A stretch of 43,536 nt of DNA. It comes from Paecilomyces variotii (taxonomy: Eukaryota). The position numbers and the translations under genes are program-made. Below are positions 22,497-36,900 of the stretch, piece by piece. The stretch lies in NCBI GenBank assembly GCA_004022145.1, contig RCNU01000034.1; one strand, given 5' to 3'. The notes below the pieces were generated by a model. That model was given only the letters and a program-made list of their open reading frames with translations, was not told the DNA's origin and made no database searches. Position 1 is the stretch's first letter, and every line of letters starts with the position of its first letter.

Positions 22497-25400
22497 AGTT
22501 AAAAAGAATAAGTTTAGATAAAATTCCCTAGATTATTTAACTAACTTAAAGGGCTAATAATATTTAAAGAGAAAGAGTATTAGTATATATAGTAAATATA
22601 AAATATATTTATATATTTTTAGTTAAAGTAATAGATTTTAAATAAAGTTTAAGAAGTAATTTCTTTAAGCTATTTAATTTTATTAAAGTAAAATTATTCT
22701 TAAAGATTTTTTTAAAATAAAATATTTATTATATTAAAACCTATTAGTTCTAACTGTTATTTTATAATACTTCTCCTTAGTTTAAATTTATTAAGTTAGT
22801 TAATCTTAATTAATTTAAAAATCTTAGAAAGTTTACCTTTAGTAATAGTTTAATAAAATTATTTATTATTATATCTTATATTCTAATAAATTTAATACTA
22901 ATCTTATTCTTTTAGTATAAGTTATATATAGTAGTATATAATATTAATATACTTTAACTTCTTATAGATATAAGTATCTCTAATTAATAATAATAATATT
23001 TAATTATTTTTATAAACCTTAATTAAAGAACTAATAATAAAAGCTTACTCTTCTCTTATTATTAGCTTAAGTTTATTTAAATTAATATAATATCTATATT
23101 CTATATCTTTTAAAAAAAGGGCTAATTATTAAGACTATTTTATAGCTTAATATATAGCTATATATTTAATCTCTATAGTTAAAGTTATAATAGATTTTTA
23201 TTTTTTATTTAACTAGCTTATTAAATTATTAGCTAAAATAAAAATATTCTCTAAGATTAATATCTAATTAGTCTTATTTATTATATAATTTAAGTTTAAG
23301 TATTTAATAAGTTACTAGTCTTAGTTTATATTAAACTTAAGATTAAAATATATAATTAATTATAAGTATCTTATAAGAGATTTTAATATCTTAAAATATT
23401 TTTTAAATAAATTTAATAGATATTAATTTAATCTGCCTATTATAAATATAATATTTAATCTTATTAAAATTATTAAATAGATTAGGCTATTAATAATTCT
23501 TTAATATTTTTTTAATCTATTTTTTTATCTTAAGAGCTAAATAATTTTAGAGAGTTATATCTATTTAATAAGATATTAACTAAATATATCTTTTTTTTAT
23601 TTATTTTATATTATAATAAGAATTCCTTAATATAATAAGATTAGTTTATTATTAATATTTAGTCTTTCTTATTTTAAATAATTTAAATATTAAGAATTTT
23701 CTTTATTTCTCTTAAATTCTTTATCTTATATATTAATTTAAACTCTTATTTAAATTAGTAGATATTCTCTATTTATTTTATATTAATTAAAATATTATTA
23801 ATATATATTAAGAATAAGATCTCTTTCTTTAAATATTATAATAAGCATAGATTAATATTAGTTTATATAAAACCTATTTTTTAAAGTATTTCTATATAGG
23901 TTTAATTCTAATCTTTTATAGCTTATTTTAAATTATATAAAGATTAAAAAACTTTTAGTATTATTTTTAATAATATATTTATTTTTAATAAAAATATTAT
24001 ATAGATTTTCTTCTTTAATATTAACTTTATAAAGATATTATTAATATTTATAATATAATATTTATAATTTTCTATTATAATAATAGCTAAGAATATTTAT
24101 AATATATTATATTATAAGATAAGAGTAAAGATATACTTAAAATTAATATTATATTTCTAAATAAATCTTTAAATAATAAAATATATCTTAAGCTTTTAAA
24201 GAGAACTATTTAAACTATATTTTATAGCTAATATTTAATAATTAGTTATAATATTAGCTTTTAATAATAATATAATTATTTTAAAAGTTTTATTTATTTA
24301 GAGTATATTTATTTTAGCTTTAAATATACTCTATTATAATTTACCTTAAATAAAGTTATTAATTATAATATAATATAAGTTTAAGATTAAGATATACTCT
24401 TTTATTATATATACTGCTATTATAATATTTAATATTTATTTTATATACTTTTTTTAGTCTATATTAATACCTAGAAATAGGAGATTTAATATAAGTATTA
24501 TTTAATATAATCTTTTAGTATCTTATTTATTATTTAATAACTTAATTTTCTCTCTCTTATATTTTATTATATAGGGGATCTTTATATAAGATATAACTTG
24601 CCTATTTAATAGAGATAAAGAGTTTATTTATAAATTCTTATAATTATTTAAATTATTAGAGTAAGAATAGTTAAATATTTTTTTTATTCTATAATTTTAT
24701 AATAGTAAAATATTTTAATTTTTTTTTAATAAAAAGCTTCTTTTTTTTTAAGAAAAAACTAAAATTTCTTTATAGCTTTTCTCTTAATTATTAATATTAT
24801 TCTTCTTTTTACTTAAGAATATATATATATTTAAGATAATAGGCTAAATTACTAGTTAATTTTTTAAATTTTTTATTAATATTATATTTAGTAATAATCT
24901 TTAAAAAATCTTAAGGTCTAGATTTTCTTTTAGTTTATTTTTAAAGAATTTAGCTTAATAAGTCTTAATAATCTTTTTTATATTTAAAGCTTAAACTTTT
25001 TATTATTTATTTATTCTCTTAATATATTTTATAAAAATATAGATTTTATTTTAATTTATTAATTTATCTTTCTATATATCTTATAATAGAGATTTTAGAT
25101 TTATATATAATATTACTTAATATTTTTATACTTTTAAATAATTAATTAATAATTTAATTTTAATAAAGGCTTTTTTAGAGATATTAAAACTCTATTAATT
25201 ATTAGTCTATTTAATACTTTATTTCTAATATATATATTAGTTTAAGCTATCTCTATTTATAATTTAACTAAAAGATTTAAATTTTCAAATATAGCTTTTA
25301 TTTCTTTCTTAATAATTTAATATACTTATTTTATAGCTTTATTCTATATTAATATATATAGAACTATTAGTTTATAATAAATATTAAATTATTTTCTCTA

Positions 25401-25722
25401 GGTCTTAAAAAGATTCTTAAGTTTTAATATATTATTTAATTATATATTAAGAATTTAAAGACCTATTACTATTTTAATCTCTCTTTTCTATTTATTTAAA
25501 ATAGAGGCAGTATTAGATTTAATTCTTATTAAAAATATTTATATTTTTCTTAAAAAATTATCTATAATTATTAAGAAATAAATATATTTATCCTTAGACT
25601 CTAGTACTTAACTATATATATTTATATAAATAAATTTAAGGATATTAGCCTTTTATATATTAGTAATCTCTTTCTTATTTTTAATATTAGCTATAGTATA
25701 TATTATATACTAATAGTTTATT
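22497..25722 (-). mobile_element. Ty1/Copia copy 2 (3' LTR 22497-22769, RNase H, RT, integrase), interrupted by Gypsy copy C
   Basis: Reverse complement of copy 1. PPT complement CTTCTCCT at 22770-22777. Colinear with ~38460-40744 up to TAATAGTTTATT, where the Gypsy LTR starts. Confidence 0.9.
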
Positions 25723-28700
25723 TATTATACCCTTAGCTTTTTACTAGAGTATAAGCTTATAGAATTATAGTAAAGCTCTAAATCTAAATATAATACTAAG
25801 GTAATTAATTAAACTTTACTCTCCCTGCTTTTAGGATTTATATAAGATAAAGCTAAGAAGTATTTAAGATTTAAAATATAAATAGGCTTTAAATTATTAT
25901 TTTACTAAAAGCTAATAATCTATTTTAATATAATATATACCTTATTATTTCTTTACTTATATAGACTTTTTATTATTAAAATCTTTTAATATAGACTTTT
26001 TTTTATATTAATTAAACCTTTTATTATAATAGTTAATCCTTTATCTTATTAATAAACCTTTCTTTAAGCTAAATATATAAAGCTATTATTTCTCTTATTA
26101 TAATTATTAATAAAATAATTTATTAATAATTTTTAAGAATCTCTATTTCTTATAGTTTAAATTACTTAATTTAGTAATATAAATAGCTATACTAATATAT
26201 CTTATAACTTAGAGAATAAGGGTTTTAACTCTTAGCCTATAATATATATTTTAAAGAGTTTAGAAATTATTAAACTTAGCTTATAGTAATTAATTATTAA
26301 AGCTAGCTTATAAATCTTAAGAAATATTTTAATAGGCTTAAAGAGAGATTAATCTTAAATAGAAGATAATCTATTAATAAAGAGAAACTTTTTATAGCTT
26401 CTTACTGCTATTTATATTAATAAATAATTAAGGCTTAAGCTACTTAAACTGCAGAGATATAGAGCTATTATACTTAATATCTATTATTAGTAATATTAGT
26501 ATATAGATAAATATTTAGCTTATAATACTTTATTATTTAAAATAGAAGATAAGAAAGTTATTTATATTATAATTTTACTAGATAAAGAATTAACTTAATC
26601 TTAAATTTACTAGTAAGAGAATCTTAACTTCTAGATATTAACTTAAAATAGATTTAAAAATTAGTTATTAGACTTACTTAATAATTTATATTACTAAGAA
26701 TAAAATGTAATAAATTACTTTTATACTTTAACTTAATATTTAAATTAAATTATTAAAGCTTTTTTATATTATTTTAAATAAGCTTATATAAAATTAAACT
26801 AAGATAAAGGATTTAATAATAATAAGATTATTTAATCTTATATTTTTTATATAAAACTATAACTTAAAGTTTAAATAGACTTATTAAATTATTAAAACCT
26901 CTTAATTAATCTTAATTAATTAATATTTTTAGCTATTAATTAGAAAATAAACTAAAAGAAAAATAAACCCTTAAATCTTTTTACTATATTAAATATAAAT
27001 AGACTAATATAAAATATATTAAAAGATTTTATCTTAAGGCAGAAAAGAAAGAAGACTAATAACTAATATAAAAGAATAAATAAACTTTAAAAGAAGAAGT
27101 TTAAATTACTAATAAAATAAGATTAGCTTAAAAAAGAAAGCTATTACTTTAATTATAGTAAAAAAAATTATATATAAAGGTTTAAATTATATTTAAAAAA
27201 GAAAGATTTTTTTAAAAAAAAAGCCTAAGATTATTATAGCCCTTTATAATAAAGAGTTTAAAATAAATAAAGAGTTTTTATATACTTTAATATAACCTTA
27301 TTTATTTAATAATATATTTAAAGATAAGATTTTTATTAATTTAAGTTTAGCTTAATACTATATTAGCTTAAATATAGCTATATAATATAAAATTCTCTTA
27401 GATTTCTAATAGTATATAAATTTTAAATTTATTAATAGATATAAGATTTAAAAGTATAGATTTTTTAAAATAGAGATTTATATTATTAACTCTAAAAAAA
27501 TTATAAAAAAAGCAGATATATACTTTTATATTATCTTAATACTTAAATTATCTATTATTTTTAAAAAACTATAGTTATAAGCTATTAATTTTATTATAAA
27601 TTAAGAGTTAATAATTTAAAGATATTATATTTTATAATAGCTATAGATAAAGATTAAAAATATTTAATAATTCTCTAAGATAGTAAAAAAAGAGATAATC
27701 TATATATTTTATAGGGATTAAATTAATTTTATTACTTTAAAAAACTTGCCTTTAAAATATAAGAAATATATAGAAGTCTTTTTTTAAAAAAAAATAAGTA
27801 TATTACTTATTAAAATAAATAAATATAAGATTAAACTTTTAAATAATATAATGCCTTTATAAGGAAGATTTTATAACCTCTTTATTAAAGAACTTAATAT
27901 TTTATATAAATATTTTAAAAATATATAATAAAAAGAGTAAATATAATTATTAACTAGTCTTATAAAAGTACTTATTTTATTTATTCTTAAGGTAAATAAT
28001 ATACTAAGGTTTTATATTAATTATTAAGCTTTAAATAATATTACTATAAAGAATAAATATTCTTTATTTAAAGTAAATAAAATGCTTAATTAATTAATTA
28101 GCTTTAAGATCTTTATTAAGCTTAATCTTAAGAATATTTATTATTAGATTAGAATCTACTATAGAAATAAATAGAAGATAGCTTTTTAAACTTATTATAA
28201 GTATTTTAAATATTTAGTTATATTATTTAGCCTATATAATACTCCCGCTATTTTTTAAGCTTATATTAATTAAGTATTATAGAGGTTATTAAATATCTAT
28301 TATATTATATATTTAGATAATATCTTAATTTTTTCTAATTCTATTAAAGAGTATAAGAGATATATAATATAAGTTTTAAAGAGACTATAAAAATATAAAT
28401 TATATATAAAATTATTTAAATATAAATTTTATAAGAAAAGAGTTAAATTCTTTAGCTTCCTTATAGAGAAAAATAAAATAAAGATAAATTCTAATAGAAT
28501 AAAAACTATTAAAGATCAGTTAAAGCTTAAATTCTTTAAAAAAGTTTAAGTCTTTTTAAGATTTACTAGATTTTTTAGAAGATTTATCTATAATTACTTT
28601 ATAAAAACAGCTTCTTTAATTAGTCTATTAAAAAAAAGTATTTAGAGAAAGAAAACTAAAATATTTATCTAGACTAAAAAGGCTATAAAAATATTTAATA

Positions 28701-29662
28701 AATTAAAGTTAGTATTTATAACTTTATTAATACTAAAATACTTTAATTTAAAAAAGCTAATATAATTTATAATTAATATTTTAAGATTTACTCTTATTAT
28801 TATACTTTTTTAAAGAAATAATAATAAGATAAGTCTAAATATTAGTTTAAAAATAGCTTTAAGAATTAAAATTAAAATAAGTTATAATATTATATTTAAG
28901 AACTAGTATTTTATAATATATTATGCCTAAAAGTTTATTAAAATAGAGGTATACTATAAGATCTATAACTAAAAACTTCTAGCTATTATTAATATTTTTA
29001 AATATTAGTATTATTATTTAAAAGGTAATAAATACCTTATATAAGTATAAAGTAACTATATAAACTTATACTATTTCTTTATTATAAAGATATTAAATAA
29101 TAAATAAGCTTAGTAAGTAAAACTACTAGTAGCATATAACTTTTAAATTAAATATAAGCTAAAATAGCTTAATACTATAAATACTTTATTTAAAAGAGTA
29201 AATTTTAAACTATTTAAATTTAAATCTTAGATAAAATTACTTTTAACTCTCTAGAAAAAGCTTTAATATAAAGCTTAAAATAAGTATATATAAAAAAGTA
29301 ATTTAGAGTATAAACTTATTAAAGCAGGTAATATAAATAGTTTAAAATATTTAATATAAAAAATACTAATTATTAAGATAATTAAAGAAAAGTTTATTTA
29401 AAATATTATAATTCTTAGCTTATTTTTTATATTAAAATAGCTTTAAATAAAAGATACTTTTATCTTAAAGAAAACTAAAAAATTAAAAATATATACTCTT
29501 AAAAATAGCTTAAAAATAATATAGAGAATAAATAATAAAAGATTATTATAAAAAAATAGTACTATATTTATATTAAATATACTTACTATAAAGTAAGAAC
29601 TCCTTTAAATATATTATAATAACCTTTATATAAAGTATTAAAATATTAAAAAGATTAAAAAG
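25723..29662 (+). mobile_element. Chromovirus Gypsy copy C, 5' segment (5' LTR 25723-26154, gag, PR, RT, RNase H, integrase zinc finger)
   Basis: Colinear with 10009-13953 of copy B with more RIP. YLDD relic at 28310-28321. Resumes at 42843. Confidence 0.93.
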
Positions 29663-30749
29663 AGTTAAAAAGAATAAGTTTAAATAAAATTCCCTAGATT
29701 AATTTAATAGCTTAAAAGGCTAATAATACTTAAAGAGAAAGAGTATTAGTATATATAGTAAATATAAAGTATATTTATATATTTTTAATTAAGGTAATAG
29801 ATTTTATATAAAGCTTAAGAAGTAATTTCTTTAAATTACTTAATTTTATTAAAGTAAAATTATTCTTAAAGATTTTTTTAAAGTAAAATCTTTATTATAT
29901 TAAAATTTATTAGTCTTAACTACTATTTTATAATACTTCTCCTTAATTTAAATTTATTAAATTAGTTAATTCTAGTTAATTTAAAAATCTTAAGAAGTTT
30001 ATCTTTAATAATAGTTTAATAAAACTATTTACTATTATATCTTATATTTTAATAAATTTAATATTAATCTTATTTCTTTAATATAAGTTATATATATAGT
30101 AATATATAATATTAATATGCTTTAATTTCTTATAAATATAAGTATTTCTAATTAATAATAATAATACTTAATTATTTCTATAAACTTTAACTAAAGAACT
30201 AATAATAAAAGCTTATTTTTCTCTTATTATTAGCTTAAATTTATTTAAATTAATATAATATCTATATCTTATATCTCTTAAAAAAAGGGCTAATTATTAG
30301 AATTACTTTATAGCTTAATATATAGCTATATATTTAGCCTCTATAATTAAAGTTATAATAGACTTTTATTTCTTATTTAATTAATTTATTAAGCTATTAA
30401 TTAAAATAAAAATATTCTTTAAAATTAGGTATATACCTTGGCTTAGCCGGGGCTAAGCTCAGCCTACCCTAGGAGCTCAGCCTACTCTAGAGCTTATCTT
30501 TAGCTAGGTTAAGCTTAACCTACCTTATATATAGATTAAGTATAAGCTCGGTATAAGCTAATTGCATAATTAATATAAGGTTAGCCTATTTAAGGATTAA
30601 TAATAATATTTATATAATAAAACTCTTTAAAATTTATAATATATATATATAATAGCTAATATAAAGCTAAGTACTATTACTTTTTCCCTAAATACTTAAA
30701 AATAGCTAAGAATTAAGTAACTATAACTAATAGCTAAATCGATAGCATT

Positions 30750-33700
30750 TTTAATTAATAGCTATATAATATTTTTATTTAAGTATATTAATATAATTCC
30801 TATAAAGGCCTAATAGATACTAAATATATATTTAGTATTTATTATATTTAGACTAGATATTAACTTATTATAGAGTAAACTTATATAAAACTATAACTTT
30901 TATAAAGTATACTTAAACTAGTTTAAGGATATAATAAGTAATTAAAGTAGTATTTATTCTTATATAAAAAGCAAAGATAAAAAATTTAAGATATATCTTA
31001 AATTTCCTCTTTATATAAGACTTAATTAAATATATTCTTTTTATATAAGTTTTAGCAGAGTATATATTAAATATATTTAGGAGGCTATTTTTTTTATAAG
31101 TATTATTATTAGCTATAGTAATATTTCTGCAATTATAATTAATAGTATTTAGGATAAGTTATTTATTCTTAAATATTTAATAACTTATTTTAATAATATC
31201 TTATATTTTATTTATTAAAAGAATTCTTTGCCTTATAATTATTCTAGTATAAATATTTATTAAATATTTTAATAACTTTTATTAAAGATATATTTATACC
31301 TTATTTTAAGCAGATATTTAATATATTATAAGTATATGCTAAGTATAGCTTAGATCTAGTTTAGGCTTTATACTTAAGGTAATTATAAGATTTTATCTCT
31401 CCTACTTTTTTAAAAAGATAAAAAGGATAAAATTTAAAATAAGGTATATTATTAGGCATATAAATGCAGTAGTATTAAATATTGCAAATATATGCTAGAA
31501 TATATGCTTAGATAATACTATAAATATAGCTATATTAAACTAAATATCTTTAAAACACTTTATAAAGAAGCAGGCTATATATCTAATATTATTTTTACTA
31601 GTAAATTTCTTAAAAGAGAAATTAAAAATTAATATAATAAATTTTTTTATTTTTAGAATTAATAATTAGCAGGGCATTATTTTTATCTAGAAAATAAAAT
31701 ATAGGTATATTTAAATTAAATTCTAGTAATCTTTAAATAATATAAAGTAAGTTTAACTCTATATTTAATCTCAGTATATACTAAATATATTCTTAGCTAT
31801 TAGTTATCTTTATCAGTTGCCTATTAGTAAATAATTTTAAATTATAGTATATTATATAAGCTATCTCTATATATATAGCTTAAATTTATATATCTTATCT
31901 ATATACTTTAATAGCTTATAGGATATATAGTATTAATACTCCTATTTAATCTACTTATACTTATATTAACTATATTATTTTAAGGCGCATAATTTGCAGT
32001 AAGTATTTGCTCTATATATATTAGGCATATGCTAATTATAGGTCTAAAATTCGACTATCCTTAAGGTATATTTAAAGTCTTATATAAAGAATATAATACT
32101 TTAATTAATATTTTTATTCCTTATAATTAGAATTATTTTCTTTTTATTCTTCTTATTTATTAAAAAGATTATATATATTTTCTTCTATTATTAACTAAGT
32201 TAAGTTAAGATTTTATTTAAGAACTTATAGATTTAATTAATTAAGGAGATATTCTTACTATAACTATATATATATTATATATATCTTAAGCCTATATTCT
32301 ATATATGCTGACTAGATACTTATAGACAAATTCTTAATATTTTTTAAAGTATATATGTTTAAGTAAAAATATTAAGGTTAAGCTTTAAATTTAATTAGAG
32401 CTTCTTTAAATATTAAGGATAAAATTGCTTATTTAATTTAAAAATAAAAACTTTTATAATATCTATTTAGTTTAGATATTACTAGTTAAAATCTATTCTT
32501 ATTATATATTTTATATATATTAATATTATATAGGGGTTATATAAGAGTATAAGTTTAACTAATATAGAGAAAGTAATAAATAATAAATTTATATAGTTAA
32601 TATTAGTAAAACTAGAGAATATATTATTATTTATTATATAAATACTTAAGTAAAAGTATTTATAAAAGCTAAATATCTTAAAATAAATTTAGCTTATAAA
32701 ATAATATTTAGAAATATAAATATCTTTTTAATCTTAAGCTAGAATTCTAAAGCTAGATATATATTTAACTTCTCTTTATTATATATTTAGTATATGCTAA
32801 CTTTATATTAGGGATTAATACCTATTACTATGCTTTTATCTCTTTATAAACTTATTATATATATTTTTAAATATTTAAATTATTATTTTAAATATTATTA
32901 TAAGCTATATATTAATATATTTAATAGGCATATATTTTAAATAGAGAAGGGATACAGACTATTACTATAGATATATATAAGAAATAAGCACTTAATTAGT
33001 ATTATCTTAATAGATATAAAGTATATGCTAAGTATATTTAGGTTTTAGTAACTATTTATATTCTATTTATCCTTCTCTTAACTAGTAAAAATATCTTAAG
33101 CATATATTTATCTTTTATTAAATATATATTAAATACAATTTCTATAAGAAGTTTAAAAGATCTTATCCTCTTATTTATTAACTAAAATATTTATAGGATT
33201 TATATTTTTACTAAGAAATCCTTTAAACTATATACTAATAGGGTAAGGAATATCTAGATATTAAAAAATAGCTTTAAAGCAAAATAAAACTATAGATTCT
33301 TACTATATTATTATAGAAAATATTAAAAATCCCTTTTAAATAGTAGAGTTATACTTAAAAGTATATTAGATTATTTAAAAGTAGTTACTTTTAAGATAAT
33401 TATAATATAAGGAGAAACTTATCTTTACTAGGGGCTATTTAATAATATATCTATATTTAGTATATGCTTAGTATCTGTTTAGTATAGATTAAATACTAAT
33501 AAGGCTAATTTATATTTAGTCTATAATAATATATAGAAGATATTATTAAATAATAAGAGCTTTTTAGCTATAGTATTAATAATATATAGCGAAATTATAA
33601 TAATATTATATAGATCTCTTAATAGATATAGAGAAATAGTAAGATAAAAGTTTAATATACCTTTAAATATATGCTGAATATATCTTTTAAACTAATAGAA

Positions 33701-34900
33701 TTAAAGAGCTATTAATTATTAAATAAATTAATCTTATTTACTATTTAATCTTAATAATCCTTATAATATATCTTTAAATAATAGTAATAATTAATCTTTT
33801 AATAAAGATATTAATTTTAAGATTATTTTAATATCTTTATCTAAACCTTTTGCTAAATATATATTAGCTAGAGATAAAATATCTATAGAGTATATATTAA
33901 GCAAAGGTTAAAAAAGAAATTAATCTAGAGGTTTTAATTATTATTAGAGCTAGATTTAATTTAAGATTAAGCAGACTAAGCTAAGTTTTAAAAAATTAGA
34001 CTTAGATTATTATTCTTAATATAGATTAAGTATAGAGTATATATTAAATAGAGGTTAAGGAAAGGGTTAATTTAGAGATTTTAGTTATTATTAAAGCTAG
34101 GTTTAATCTAGGATTAAGTAAACTAAGCTAAGCTCTAAATAATTAGACTTAGATTATTATTCTTAATATAGATTAAATATAGAGTATATACTAAATAGAG
34201 GTTAAGGAAGAGATTAAAAAAGAAATTAACCTAGAGGTTTTAATTATTATTAGAGCTAGATTTAATTTAGGACTAAGCAGATTAAGCTAAGCTCTAAAGA
34301 ATTAAACTCGGATTATATTTCTTAATATAGATTAAATATAAAGTATATATTAAATAAAGGTTAAGAAAGGGGTTAATTTAGAGGTTCTAGTTATTATTAG
34401 AGCTAGGTTTAATTTAAGATTAAGCAGATTAAGCTAAGCTCTAAAAAATTAGACTTAGATTATTATTCTTAATATAGATTAAATGCAGAATATATATTAA
34501 ATAAAGGTTAAAAAAGGGGTTAATCTAAAGGTTCTAGTTATTATTAGAGTTAGGTTTAATCTAGGACTAAGTAAATTAAGCTAAGCTCTAAAAAATTAAA
34601 CTTAAATTATTATTCTTAATATAGATTAAGTAAAGAGTATATATTAAATAGAGGTTAAAGAAGAGGTAGACCTAAAGGTTTTAATTATATTTAAGGCTAA
34701 GTTTAATTTAATATTATTTTAATATCTAAAAGGGTTTAAATCCCTTTATTAAATTTAAATAGCTCTACTAGTTTTAATCTAGAATATATATTAACTCTAT
34801 ATTTAATATATATTATCTAGGAGTTAAGTATAGATTCTAAATAGAATAGAGCTTATATATACTATAATAGAGGACCCTTATTAAAAGAAATAGTAGAGAC
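30750..34900 (+). pseudogene. Intron-containing MULE-type DDE transposase relic (limits approximate)
   Basis: De-RIPed LEMDLAYKMVFG (32677-32712), ITVDMCKKQA (32961-32990), then G-FGDYL across an intron acceptor at 33041, IFCQVH CxxH motif (~33110-33127), and ESSH....N..GRNLSLLGAI (33377-33439). Example intron GTAAGT..GCTAAT..TAG at 31999-32041. Confidence 0.65.
33884..34710 (+). repeat. 147-bp tandem repeat, ~5.5 units, within the MULE
   Basis: Unit starts at 33884, 34031, 34178, 34337, 34484 and 34631 (spacings 147,147,159,147,147, all multiples of 3). Confidence 0.93.
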
Positions 34901-35119
34901 TAATTTTATTATTTAATTAAGAGAAATAATAGAGTAAAGATAATAAGAATTTAAGTAAGAAAGAGAAAGATTATTATAATAGTTTATATAATAAATATAT
35001 ATATTTATATAGCTATAGTTATATAATAAATATATATATATATTTCTTTTTCCCCTATAATAAGAATAAATAAAAAAATAAAGAATATTATATTATAATT
35101 ATTTAAAGATATAGAAAAA

Positions 35120-36900
35120 TAGTTTTTAAGTATAAGAATTTAGTATTAAATTAAAGTTCGGTATTAATAATTTTTAAGTATAAAAGCTTAATATTAAACT
35201 GAAGTTCGGCATTAAATATATGCTTAGGAGAGAGCTAGGCTTAAATATCTATATATTTAAGGCCTCTAAAAACTTATCTTTAAAAGAAAAGATTATAACT
35301 TATAAATATAAACTTAATATATACTTTATATATAGAAGAGAAGAACTTATTAATAAACTTAATACTGCGGCTATTAATATTATAAAGATATTTATAACTA
35401 TAATTATAAGTATAGCTATGCTTTAATTTAATTAATATTTTTTTATTAGTAGTATATTTACTTATATATTTATTATAAGATATAGATTATCTGCGCTTTA
35501 ATAAAGTTAAGATAAAACCTATATTATAATTTAGTTTAATATATATATAAAATAAATTAGAAGGCTACTTATTATTACTTCTATTATTATTATTTTATAG
35601 TAATAAGATATTTTTAGTTTATATAAGGTTAATATATATATAATATAGGTAAGAGTATATTTACTACGCGCTTATAAGATAGAGTTAATAAAGGTATAAG
35701 ATACTAGAATAAAGGCCGAGATTAATTAAAGTTAATATTAGATATATATTAAATATATTTAAAAAGCCTGCTAAGAGTTATAAGTTATATATAAATAATA
35801 ATATAAATAGCAATATAAATAGCAAAGAAGATAGTATATAAATTCTATTTATATATTAATATATACTAAATTTATTTTTTAATAAAATTAACTCCTGTAG
35901 CTGTTTTTAAACTTATTATTAGTATAAGCTATTTTTTTATAAAATATAATAATATCCTTAATTAGTATATTTCTTATACTAGAAGAAATATTAGCTTAAT
36001 ATAAGCTTTATATATGCCTAAGACTTACTATAGTTTATAAATAAAATTAGTATTTTATTATTTACTAAGCAAAATATATTTAATTAGTATATTATATATT
36101 ATTAGTATAGCTTTAATATATATAGAATAGATCTTAAATTTATTATAGCCTAATTATTTTTTTATCTATAATTATATTATTAGTCTCTATACTACAGTTT
36201 AATACTATAGCAGATTAATATATATCTAGTATATATTAAGGATAATAATATATTCGCCTCTAAGTATGCGGTCCTTATATAGTATTATAACTTTAACTAT
36301 TAGTATATTATATATATATAAAACTTATATCAGACTTATAATAGGCTATAAATTAATAACTTTACTATATATAAGCGGGCTATTTATATTTATTTATATT
36401 TAATAACTATAGAAGCTTAGTATATACTTAGTTAATTTTAAAGAAAGGACTTATATATTCTTATTTATGCTTAAGATAGAAGATCTAGAGATTAGCGTAT
36501 AAGTATTTTTTTTAGCAATAATTATAGGCACTATTTATATTTAGCGCGCTTCTAATATATATATAATATCTGCTTATTAAATTTTTTATTTTCCTGCTTA
36601 GCTATAATATATAAATCTAAGATCTATATTAAATTTAAGTTAGGAACTAGGCCTATTTTTATTTAATATATGCTTAATATTAAGCAGAGATATATTTATT
36701 ATAATAATATCTATAGTTTATTAAATTATCTGCTAATAAAATTATATTATAAATAAGGAGTTTCTTTAAATATAGTAGTATTTTTATAGTTATATAGCAG
36801 TAATATAAAAGAATAGACTATAGTATTATAAAGGCAGGGTAAAGATATTATTAGAGAGGTTAAAAATAATATAAATAATATAAACTTCTATATAATAGGA
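35120..36900 (-). pseudogene. Probable second, convergent spliced gene relic in the MULE; product unknown, limits approximate
   Basis: Minus-strand intron GTAAGT..GCTAAT..CTAG at 36028-35979. Further branch/acceptor signals at ~36407-36454 and ~36484-36495. No recognisable domain. Confidence 0.4.

Noticed and set aside
33884..34710. CRISPR-like array
   Set aside because: Whole 147-bp units are repeated with no unique spacers, and the context is a eukaryotic transposon.
35220..35426. Supplied 68-aa ORF on the + strand
   Set aside because: Ile/Lys/Asn/Tyr-rich composition typical of RIPed DNA. Its ATG falls in the repeated TATATGCT motif. It lies inside the MULE, opposite a probable minus-strand relic, and has no recognisable domain.
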